DNA from: Vulcanisaeta sp. AZ3
GTDB taxonomy: Archaea > Thermoproteota > Thermoprotei > Thermoproteales > Thermocladiaceae
Direction: 5' to 3'
DNA: 19,817 bases
Assembly: GCA_000960865.2 (NCBI GenBank)
Contig: JZWU02000029.1
Location: 1 to 19,817, forward strand
In this document: positions 1 through 8,976 of the stretch, one piece after another
How the letters are laid out: each line of letters opens with the position of its first letter
How positions within the stretch are numbered: position 1 is the stretch's first letter
Translations under genes and position numbers: made by a program
Notes under the pieces: generated by a model
What the model saw: only the letters and a program-made list of their open reading frames with translations
What the model was told of the DNA's origin: nothing
Database searches by the model: none

Positions 1-951
<951 letters not shown>

Positions 952-1009
952 CTTGGGGATGGGGTTTGTTCGGAGGTTGGGTTTGGTTGGTGTGGTTGGG
1001 GTTGGATCT

Positions 1010-1055
1010 TTCCCAAGCTTCCGCCCGGGCTTTCCCCGGGTGGTTTGCTTGGGAA
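1010..1055 (-). other. Stem-loop in the pre-rRNA 5' leader
   Basis: Outer arms TTCCCAAGC (1010-1018) and GCTTGGGAA (1047-1055) are exact complements. They enclose an inner stem, CCGCCCGGG/CCCGGGTGG. Confidence 0.8.
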
Positions 1056-1087
1056 TTCATTGCGCGGAGGGTTTTGTTGCTTTAGTG

Positions 1088-1103
1088 TTTTATAAGCTTT
1101 TTC
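1088..1103 (-). promoter_or_regulatory. rRNA operon promoter (BRE + TATA box)
   Basis: The minus strand reads GAAAAAGC-TTATAAAA, a purine-rich BRE next to a TATA box, about 140 nt upstream of the mature 16S 5' end and just upstream of the leader hairpin. Confidence 0.8.
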
Positions 1104-1110
1104 TTCGTGG

Positions 1111-3948
1111 TTAGTCGTTCCAGAATGGTTTTGTTTTTTGGTATTGTCGTTCTGCTTCTAGGATTTGTTGGTAGAGTTCCTCTTCTGTGTTTGCTTTTGC
1201 TAGGACTTTCCTTATTACTGTTGTTGGTCCTATTCCGTGGGCTGCTAGGGCTATTATGGCTTTTTTGCCGTATTGTAGTACTGCGTTTGCTGTTTGTGCC
1301 ATTTCATTCCATTTCTCTTTTTCTTCCTTGTTCATTGGTAGTTTCTTTTTTGCTTTCCTGACTATGTCGTATGCTTTTTCTGGGTTTTCTCCGTATTTTA
1401 GTACGGTTAGTAGTTTTGTGTGGCATTTGGGGCATTGTGGGTTTTCTGGTATGTATTTTACTTTGAGTGTTGTGTGCCATCCGCATTTTAGGCATAGTAT
1501 TGTTATTTCTCGTTCTTCTATTCTTCTTTTTAGGAGTTGTAGTATTGTGGTTGTTGGTATTCCTTGGATTGCTGTGTCTATTTTCATGGCTTGGTTTATT
1601 ATGTGTTGTGCTATTGGTGTGTATTCCTGTGTTTTTATTATGACTATCTTCGTCTTTCCGTTTCTTATGGAGTTTGTTAGTTGTTTGAGTGGTTTTGTGT
1701 CGATTTTGTCTATGAGTATTTCTCTGATGGTTTCTTTGTCGACTACGGTGTCTTGTAGTGCTGCGGCTAGTCTTTCGATGTTTACTTCGACTTTTTCTTT
1801 TGGTAGTACTCCGAATCTTCTGGCTACGTGTATGAATCTGTATTTGTAGAGTTTTGTGTTTCTTATGGCGTCTTCTAGTGTTTTTTGTATTTGTTGCCAG
1901 TCTTGTTTTAGGGCTTCTTCTATTGTTTGTGGTGGTGTGTTTATTGGTGTTGTTATGAGTATTCTGTATGGGTCTGTGACGTAGGTTGCTGTTGTTTTGT
2001 ATTTATCGGTTATGTATTTGGTTAGGTATAGGGCTAGTGCTTGGTTTCCTTTGGTTCCGAGGCATGTGTGTATTATCATGTCTTTGCCTCTCCATTCGAT
2101 GTTTATTGTGTCTGTGAATTTTGTTACTTCGGTGTTTGCTTGTTGTGTTAGTTCTTCTTTTACTTCTTCTGGTGTGTTTTTTGTTGGGTATTGGGTTAGG
2201 GTGTTTGTTGGGTCTTTGTTGTTTATTATTTCGTTTATTATTTCTTGCCTTATTTGGCAGGTTTCTTGGGCTATTTCGGTGGGTACTGGTATTTCTTCGC
2301 CTATCCAGCTTGGTACTGCGTTTAGTATTTCGTTGAGTGGTTCTAGTATGACTTCGTTGTTTTCACGGTCTACGCTTATCATTTTCCAGGGTTTTCCTGC
2401 TAGTATTATTTGTGTGCCTGTTTCTGTGGTTTCTACGAATTCTTCGTCGAGTTGTCCGATGGTTTTGTTTGTGATCATGTCTTTGGCTTTGTAGTGTTTT
2501 TCGTCTGGTATCATGGATATGTTTTCGAAGTAGTATTTGTGTATTCCTCTTCTTGGTGTTATTGTTTCGTCTTCGTTGATTCTTATTAATTTGTTGTTTT
2601 CCATGAATTTAAGTACCTCGAGTAGTTGGTCTTTTGTTAGTTTTCTGTAGGGGTGTGCTCTTTTTGTTGTGTTTAGTATGTCGTTGATTGTTATTGTTCT
2701 TCCTTCTGTCTTGGCTTCGATTATTATTCCTGCGATTTGATGGTGTAGTACGTCTAGGGCTATCTCGTGGTATTCAGTGTCGGTTTCTAGTTGGTTGTTT
2801 AGGGCTCTTTTGGCTATTGTTAGGGATTCTAGGTAGTCGTCTGTGTCTCTGGTTATTATGTATCCTATGGCTTTTTTACCGAGTTTGTGTCCGCTTCTGC
2901 CTATTCTTTGTATTAGTTTGGTGACTTGTCTTGGGCTTGAGTATTGTATTACGGCGTCTATGTGTCCTATGTCTATTCCGAGTTCGAGGCTTGATGTTGT
3001 GACGACTACCTTGACCTTGCCTTCTCTCAGTCCTTTCTCGAGTTCTTCTCTTTCTTCTTTGTCTAGTGATCCGTGGTAGACCCCCACGGTGTTGTTGTTC
3101 ATGAGTTTTGCGAGTCTGTGGCCTAGTAGTTCTGCTTCGTCTCTTGTGTTTGTGAAGACTAGTACGGTGTTGTATTTGCTTGCTATTTCTTTGATTCTTC
3201 TGAGTCTTGCTGTGGCTTCTGGGGTTGTGTCTAGTTCGTTGGCTATTTTCTCATCGTCTTCTGTGGGTTCTGGGTATTCTACTTCGATGTTCATGTCTCT
3301 TGTGATGTCTGTGCTGATTATCTCTGCTGTTCTATTGGTGCCGCTTAGGAATTGGGCTGCCAGTTCTGGGTTTCCTATGGTTGCTGATAGGCCTATTCTT
3401 TGGTATTCCCCGGCTGTGTTTGTTAGTCTTTCTAGGGCGATGGATAATTGGGTTCCTCTTTCGTCATTCATTAATTCATGAACCTCGTCAACCACGACCC
3501 ACCTAATGTTTCTGAGGGCTTTTCTGAGGCTTTTCATTACTAGGATTACTTGTAGGGTTTCTGGTGTTGTTATTAGGATGTTTGGTGGTTCCTTGACTTG
3601 TTTTCTTCTTTCGTTTTCTGGTGTGTCTCCGTGTCTTACGGCTGTGGTTATACCGAGTTCTTTCGCCATGTTTTGTAGTCTTATGTTTACGTCTCTGTTT
3701 AGTGCTCTGGCTGGTGTTATGTAGATTGCGGCTATGCCGTTGGTGCCTAGTTCGAGTATTTTGCTCATTATTGGTAGCATTGCTGCTTCTGTTTTGCCGC
3801 TGCCTGTTGGTGCTGTTATGAGTACGTTGTTGCCGCTTAGTACTTTGGGTATGGCTAGTTCTTGTATTGGTGTTGGTTCTTCATATCCGTACTTGGTTAG
3901 TATCTCCGTTAGTCTTGGGTGCAGGTATTTTTGCCAGAATTCATTCAT
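1111..3948 (-). CDS. lhr: Lhr-family SF2 DEAD/DEAH-box helicase with C-terminal Cys4 motif
   Basis: 945 aa with Q motif (PTPIQ), PTGSGKT, TPETL, DEVH, SAT, SSLELGIDIG and QRIGRSGH. It also has the Lhr-type VPSWIGE segment and C-terminal CLKC...CPKC. Confidence 0.93.
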   Translation of the reverse strand: MNEFWQKYLHPRLTEILTKYGYEEPTPIQELAIPKVLSGNNVLITAPTGSGKTEAAMLPIMSKILELGTNGIAAIYITPARALNRDVNIRLQNMAKELGITTAVRHGDTPENERRKQVKEPPNILITTPETLQVILVMKSLRKALRNIRWVVVDEVHELMNDERGTQLSIALERLTNTAGEYQRIGLSATIGNPELAAQFLSGTNRTAEIISTDITRDMNIEVEYPEPTEDDEKIANELDTTPEATARLRRIKEIASKYNTVLVFTNTRDEAELLGHRLAKLMNNNTVGVYHGSLDKEEREELEKGLREGKVKVVVTTSSLELGIDIGHIDAVIQYSSPRQVTKLIQRIGRSGHKLGKKAIGYIITRDTDDYLESLTIAKRALNNQLETDTEYHEIALDVLHHQIAGIIIEAKTEGRTITINDILNTTKRAHPYRKLTKDQLLEVLKFMENNKLIRINEDETITPRRGIHKYYFENISMIPDEKHYKAKDMITNKTIGQLDEEFVETTETGTQIILAGKPWKMISVDRENNEVILEPLNEILNAVPSWIGEEIPVPTEIAQETCQIRQEIINEIINNKDPTNTLTQYPTKNTPEEVKEELTQQANTEVTKFTDTINIEWRGKDMIIHTCLGTKGNQALALYLTKYITDKYKTTATYVTDPYRILITTPINTPPQTIEEALKQDWQQIQKTLEDAIRNTKLYKYRFIHVARRFGVLPKEKVEVNIERLAAALQDTVVDKETIREILIDKIDTKPLKQLTNSIRNGKTKIVIIKTQEYTPIAQHIINQAMKIDTAIQGIPTTTILQLLKRRIEEREITILCLKCGWHTTLKVKYIPENPQCPKCHTKLLTVLKYGENPEKAYDIVRKAKKKLPMNKEEKEKWNEMAQTANAVLQYGKKAIIALAAHGIGPTTVIRKVLAKANTEEELYQQILEAERQYQKTKPFWND

Positions 3949-4049
3949 TCATTGTGTCAGCAATCATGGTCTTAGTTAACCCCTTAATTACCCTTACCCT
4001 AGGTTTTGCTCAAAAGTAATTAAAATACTGGCTGGGGTTGTTTTGTCGT

Positions 4050-4835
4050 ATGTTGATATTAATAACGAGTGGTGCTAAGGGTGGGACTGGGAAGAGTACT
4101 GTGGCTCTTGGTGTTTCGGCTGTTTTGTCGCTTAGGGGTGTTGCTCATGAGCTTTTTGATTATTCGTGTAATTTAGGTGTTTGTAGTGGGGTTTATTATT
4201 ATCTTAGTGATTTTGTTGATGGTATTAATAAGCTTTCAAGGCTTGTTAAGGTTAGGCAGGGTGCGCCTCCTAGGGATTTTGAGGGTGTTGCTGTTGTGGA
4301 TTTGCCGCCGATGGATGCGTCTCAGTCTGATTTTGTGGATTTGTTGGGTAGGGCTGATGCGCTTGTTGTTGTTAGTTCCTATGAGCCTGACTCTGTTGTC
4401 TCTGTTGAGAGGGTTTTGGAGGCTTACTCTGGTGGTAAGGTGGTTAAGCTTTGTAATAGGGCGCCTATGGAGGGGTGTAGGCATTATCTTAAGATAACGC
4501 CTGAGAGTCCCTTCTTTGTTATTGGTGAGCCTACTAATTTTAGGACGTTTGGTGAGTTGGTTAATGAGTTGGGGTTTGTGGGGTCTAGTAGGGTTGAGAG
4601 GATTAATAAGGAGTTTTCTGTTGGTGGTGTTAAGGCGAAGATTGTGGCTCGGTGGGATCCTTATGAGATACTTGGTGTTGAGGCGTTGTTTAAGTGGTAT
4701 TATGCGTTGGTTCCTGGGGTTAAGCCTATAGAGGAGCTTGTTGGTTATGTGAGCGATACGTTGGGTTCTCAGTATCTTTATAAGGTTGGGTTCAACGATA
4801 AGGCTCTTTCTAAGTTGTTGAGGGGTATGCATTGA
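4050..4835 (+). CDS. ParA/MinD-family P-loop ATPase with an unexplained C-terminal extension
   Basis: Deviant Walker A GAKGGTGKST at the N terminus, Walker B-like VVDLPP, then ADALVVV and NR motifs. ATG 4050 is preferred over TTG 4038. Confidence 0.75.
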   Translation: MLILITSGAKGGTGKSTVALGVSAVLSLRGVAHELFDYSCNLGVCSGVYYYLSDFVDGINKLSRLVKVRQGAPPRDFEGVAVVDLPPMDASQSDFVDLLGRADALVVVSSYEPDSVVSVERVLEAYSGGKVVKLCNRAPMEGCRHYLKITPESPFFVIGEPTNFRTFGELVNELGFVGSSRVERINKEFSVGGVKAKIVARWDPYEILGVEALFKWYYALVPGVKPIEELVGYVSDTLGSQYLYKVGFNDKALSKLLRGMH

Positions 4836-5009
4836 TTCTTTAAGTAATGCATTATTGAGTCTGTTAGTGGGGTGATTTTGAAGGGTTACTGTGATTTAAT
4901 GGTTTTTGTTTTAGTGATTTGGTGAGATTAATACTGTTGTGATCAGGGATGTGTTAGTTTTATGTTGTGTTTTAGGTCGTGGCCTCGTTGTGGTGAGGTC
5001 TTGGGTTTC

Positions 5010-6317
5010 TTATTCTGTTAGTGTTTTCTCGAGGGTTTCTGTTATGTTTCCTGGTAATGCGTTTGTGTTTATGTAGGCTGCTTTGCCGTGTAATATTGTG
5101 GTGGCTATATCAACCTCGACCTCTAGTCCTTTGAAGGGTGTGTATTTGGCTTTTGTCTTGAATTTTGTTGGGTCTATTGTGTGTTTTGCCTTTGTGTTTA
5201 TTATTGTTAGGTCTGCGCAGGAGCTTGGTTTGATTCCTATGTTGAGGTTTAGGAATTTTGTTGGGTTTTCCTGGATTGCTCTTACTACGGTGCTTATTGT
5301 TGATAGTCCCTTGTGCCATAGGGTTAGTAGTAGTGGTGCTGTGGTTTCTAGTCCTGGAATGCCTGGTGGTGCTTCATCGTAAGGCTTTTCCTTCTCCCAT
5401 TGAGCGTGGGGTGCGTGGTCGCTGGCTATGATTGGTATTTCGCCTCTTAGGAACATTGCTAGTAATTCCTTCCTAGTAGCTTCGTCTCTGAGGGGTGGGT
5501 TTATTTTGCAGTGGCTTGGTTTGTCTGCTCTTGCTAGGCATTCTTCTTGGCTTAGGAGTATGTGGTGTGGTGTGACGTCGAAGGTTATGTCTAGGTTTGT
5601 TGATTTTATTAGGTTTATTGATTGTGGTAATGTTATGTGTGTTATGTGTACTTTAGTGCCGTGTCTATAGGTGAGTCTTATTACGTTGTGGATGCAGGTT
5701 AGTTCTGCCTTTGGGCTTCTTATTTCGTTATGGTATTTGAAGTCTCTTGGTCCGTTGTATTGGTTTAGTATTACTGGGTCTTCGCAGTGCATGATTATTG
5801 GTATGCCAACCCTAGCTGCCTCCTTGAACAATGCGTCTAGGTATTGATCACCACCGTACTCATTAACCTCCTCAGGCAATACCTCACCCACTGCATAGGC
5901 TCCTGCATCCTTAGCCTCGGCTAGGATTGATGGGTCTTGAGGTGCTCCGAAGTAGTGTCTAATGTGTATATTGGTTCTTTTGTTGAATTCTTCTATTCTC
6001 CTTTTGAGGAGTTCTATTGTTTTTATTGGTGGTTTTGTGTTTGGCATGTCGCCGAGTGCTACGAAGCCTCCGGCTAGTGCTGCTTGGGTTCCTGATTCGA
6101 TGTCTTCTTTGTAGGATTGTTCGAAGTCTCTGAGGTGTACGTGGATGTCGGTGAGTCCTGGTAGGATTATGTATTGGTTTGGTAGGTCGATTACGTAACT
6201 TGCCTTTGTTGGTTTGTTTCCGACGTATGTTATTTGGTTCTTTGTTATTCCTATGTATGTCTCTTTCACGTTGCCCATTACGTATGCCCTACCGTGAATC
6301 AATACGTGAATGTCCAT
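5010..6317 (-). CDS. pyrC: Dihydroorotase (cyclic amidohydrolase family)
   Basis: Motifs PGLTDIHVHLR, DMPNTKP, HCED, HITH, INPPLR and ASDHAPH, plus a C-terminal TPF..G motif. Confidence 0.88.
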   Translation of the reverse strand: MDIHVLIHGRAYVMGNVKETYIGITKNQITYVGNKPTKASYVIDLPNQYIILPGLTDIHVHLRDFEQSYKEDIESGTQAALAGGFVALGDMPNTKPPIKTIELLKRRIEEFNKRTNIHIRHYFGAPQDPSILAEAKDAGAYAVGEVLPEEVNEYGGDQYLDALFKEAARVGIPIIMHCEDPVILNQYNGPRDFKYHNEIRSPKAELTCIHNVIRLTYRHGTKVHITHITLPQSINLIKSTNLDITFDVTPHHILLSQEECLARADKPSHCKINPPLRDEATRKELLAMFLRGEIPIIASDHAPHAQWEKEKPYDEAPPGIPGLETTAPLLLTLWHKGLSTISTVVRAIQENPTKFLNLNIGIKPSSCADLTIINTKAKHTIDPTKFKTKAKYTPFKGLEVEVDIATTILHGKAAYINTNALPGNITETLEKTLTE

Positions 6318-6431
6318 TATTACTAATCATGCGTGTTTCTTTTCCTTTTTGAGCATTAATTTGATGCAATGTATGATTAATAGGGGTGATGATGTAAATG
6401 ATGAAATTATGATTTTAAAGAGAACCTGGAT

Positions 6432-7733
6432 TTATTCGAGGGGTTCTCCGGCTCTGTCTCTTGAGAATGATACGAATATGAGCGCTACCACAGCGCCTAT
6501 TATGCCTACTAGGGATATTGCTAGGGTTTCACCGTATGTGGGGCCTATTGTTGCGAGTAGGTATGTGCTGATGAATGGTGCGAAGGAGCTGATGGCTACG
6601 CCAGTGTTTATTATGAAGCCTATGCCGCTGTACCTAACTTTTGTCTCTATCATTTCTGCGAGCCAGGCTGGTAGGACGGAATATTGTGAGGAGAAGACGG
6701 CACCTAGTAGTATGGATGCTAGGATTAGGTATGTAATGGAGTGTAGGGTGAAGAGGAGCATGATGGGGTAAATTGTTATTGCTGCGGCTGCGTAATATGC
6801 AATGAGTAGTTTCTTCCTGGTCTTTAGGGCATCGCTGAGTAGTCCGAAGAAGGGTCCTAGGATAAGCCAGGCCAATCCTGTAGCTAAGGATGCGTAGAGT
6901 ACGGCTATTGAGGAATATTTTAGTAATGGTAGTAATGTCCCGAGGTAGCCTATCGTACTATAGTATATAAATGCTTCTCCGATTATGACGAGGGTTGCTA
7001 TAATCACTACCTGCCAATACTTCTTGAATACCGTGGCTGCAGGGATCCTCTCTACCTTGGGCTTGGCCTTAGTTAACCAGATTAGGCTCTCGCCTATTCT
7101 CCATCTCACGAAGAGTGCAATCATAAGTGGGACAATGCCGAACCAAAATAGTATCCTCCAACCGTAGGATACCATTGCCTCCCTGGTGGGCGCGAAGACT
7201 GCGGTTAGGGCTAGAGCTGCTGCTGCAAAGATTGAGGCAAGGGCTGCCCCTGCATTGGATATACCCCCTAGGAATCCCCTCTTGTTTGGTGGTGCGAATT
7301 CCACGGTTATTGTCATTCCACCTGCCCATTCACCAGCTAGGAATATGCCCTGGGCGATTCTTAGGGTTACGAGGAGTACTGTGGCTGCAATGCCTATAAC
7401 GGCATATGTGGGTAGGAAGCCTATGAGTATTGTGGATAATCCCATGCCTAGGAGTGATACGAGCCAGGTAGTCTTTCTGCCAAGTTTGTCTCCATAATGT
7501 CCAAGGATGATTGCACCTATTGGTCTGGCGAAGTAGCCAAGTACAAGCACTAGGAGGGTTTCGAGTAGACTTGCAATGTAGCTGGTGCTTGGGAAGAATA
7601 GAGGGGCTATGTAGGGAGCTGCGTAGATGTATGTTAGTAGGTCGTAGAGTTCAAAGCCCCAGCCTAGGTTTGCGGAGATTGCAACCTTGTAGGCGTCATT
7701 CATTCCATAACTAGGTGTTGAGACCATTGTCAA
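6432..7733 (-). CDS. MFS transporter, metabolite:H+ symporter (MHS)-like
   Basis: About 12 hydrophobic segments. Motifs ELYD, RPIGAIILGHYGDKLGRK, LRIAQG...GEWAG and E..P..KRG. Confidence 0.92.
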   Translation of the reverse strand: MTMVSTPSYGMNDAYKVAISANLGWGFELYDLLTYIYAAPYIAPLFFPSTSYIASLLETLLVLVLGYFARPIGAIILGHYGDKLGRKTTWLVSLLGMGLSTILIGFLPTYAVIGIAATVLLVTLRIAQGIFLAGEWAGGMTITVEFAPPNKRGFLGGISNAGAALASIFAAAALALTAVFAPTREAMVSYGWRILFWFGIVPLMIALFVRWRIGESLIWLTKAKPKVERIPAATVFKKYWQVVIIATLVIIGEAFIYYSTIGYLGTLLPLLKYSSIAVLYASLATGLAWLILGPFFGLLSDALKTRKKLLIAYYAAAAITIYPIMLLFTLHSITYLILASILLGAVFSSQYSVLPAWLAEMIETKVRYSGIGFIINTGVAISSFAPFISTYLLATIGPTYGETLAISLVGIIGAVVALIFVSFSRDRAGEPLE

Positions 7734-7746
7734 TTTGCTACAGGTC

Positions 7747-7813
7747 TATTTTTAAGTTTTAGCCAATTGCGGTATTGTAAATATACAGTTATTAAATTGT
7801 TAATGTTTAAATA
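7747..7813. promoter_or_regulatory. Divergent TATA boxes for the MFS transporter and the CoA-transferase
   Basis: CTTAAAAATA on the minus strand (7747-7756) and TTTAAATA on the plus strand (7806-7813) each lie close upstream of a start codon, consistent with leaderless transcripts. Confidence 0.55.
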
Positions 7814-7832
7814 GGGAGGGGCTGTCTTGGGC

Positions 7833-8936
7833 ATGATGTATAGGGTTGTTGAGTTGGGTCATGTTGTGGCGGCTCCCTTTGCTGGTGAGGTCCTTGCTCA
7901 ATTGGGTTTTGATGTTGTTAAGGTGGAGCCTATTGGTGGTGATCCTACTAGGAGGGATGATGTGTTGGGAGATTCTATGTTTGTGTATTTCAATAGGGGT
8001 AAGAGGTCTTTGGCTCTTGATTTGAGGAGTGCTGAGGGTAGGGAGGTGTTTCTGAGGTTGTTGGGTAGTTCTCATGTGCTTATAGAGAACTTTGCTCCAG
8101 GGGCAATGGAGAGATTGGGTCTTGGTAGGGATTTAATGTTTAAGGTGAATCCTAAACTTGTCTATTGCTCTATAAAGGGGTATCCTCAGGGTGAGTATAG
8201 GGATTGGCCGGCCTTTGGTACGTTAGTGGAGGCTATAAGTGGTGTTATGTGGAGTAATGGTTCATCACCGAGTAGGTTACCTGCGTCAATAACTGACATG
8301 GGTGCTGGGATGTATTGCGTGATAAATGTGCTTTGGGCTCTTCTTAATAATAGGCCGGGTTTTTATGAGGTGACGCTGTATCAAAGTAGTGTGGCATGGC
8401 TTGGTTATTATATAATAGCTTATCAAACCCTGGGTAAATTATTCCCGGGCACTGGTGATAAATTACCCTTCTGGGCCCCCTATGAACTCTTTGAAACGGC
8501 GGATGGTAGATACGTGTACATAGCAGTTAATAATGATGAGAGGTGGGTAAGGCTGTGTAGGGTGCTTGGTTTAGATCCTGGGGCGTTCGGTAGTAATGCG
8601 GAGAGGGTTAGGCGTAGGGATGAGGTTCATAGGATGGTTCAATCTGTGATTATTAAGTATAGGCTTGAAGATATCCTAAATCTACTCATAAGTAATGACA
8701 TACCTGCAGCACCGCTAATGAGCATACCTGACATAATGAGTTCGGGTATTCCTGAATGGGAGGGGGTGAGGAGGGATGGAGGGGACATAAGGGTGCCGAG
8801 GCTTCCAGTACCGGGTTCATTAGTTGATAGGGGAATTCCAAGGGTTGGGGAGCATACGCAGGAGATACTTAGAGAGTTGGGTTATGATGATGATTATATT
8901 AGGTCTTTGGCTGTGCGTAACGTGATAAGGGTTTAG
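7833..8936 (+). CDS. Family III CoA-transferase (CaiB/BaiF)
   Basis: Motifs VVKVEP..GD..R, NRGKRSLALDL, VLIENF.PG.MERLGLG and NPKLVYCSI.GY, with the likely catalytic Asp in SITDMGAG. Confidence 0.93.
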   Translation: MMYRVVELGHVVAAPFAGEVLAQLGFDVVKVEPIGGDPTRRDDVLGDSMFVYFNRGKRSLALDLRSAEGREVFLRLLGSSHVLIENFAPGAMERLGLGRDLMFKVNPKLVYCSIKGYPQGEYRDWPAFGTLVEAISGVMWSNGSSPSRLPASITDMGAGMYCVINVLWALLNNRPGFYEVTLYQSSVAWLGYYIIAYQTLGKLFPGTGDKLPFWAPYELFETADGRYVYIAVNNDERWVRLCRVLGLDPGAFGSNAERVRRRDEVHRMVQSVIIKYRLEDILNLLISNDIPAAPLMSIPDIMSSGIPEWEGVRRDGGDIRVPRLPVPGSLVDRGIPRVGEHTQEILRELGYDDDYIRSLAVRNVIRV

Positions 8937-8976
8937 GTTTGTCTTCGGGGTTGTGTGGTTGTTTATGATTGTTTCG

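Noticed and set aside
1107-3979. Many long hydrophobic plus-strand ORFs antisense to lhr (similar ones overlap pyrC, the MFS gene, sufC and sufB)
   Set aside because: An A-poor strand has few stop codons. The F/L/V/S/C-rich translations are shadow ORFs of the real genes.
4656-4680. DPYEILGV in the ParA-like C terminus, resembling the start of a DnaJ J-domain
   Set aside because: No HPD motif or J-domain helix II pattern follows, so the match is too short to support.
6386-6431. C-box-like GTGATGA and ATGATGA between pyrC and the MFS gene (possible C/D box sRNA)
   Set aside because: There is no CTGA D box at a suitable distance. The nearest sequence is CTGG.
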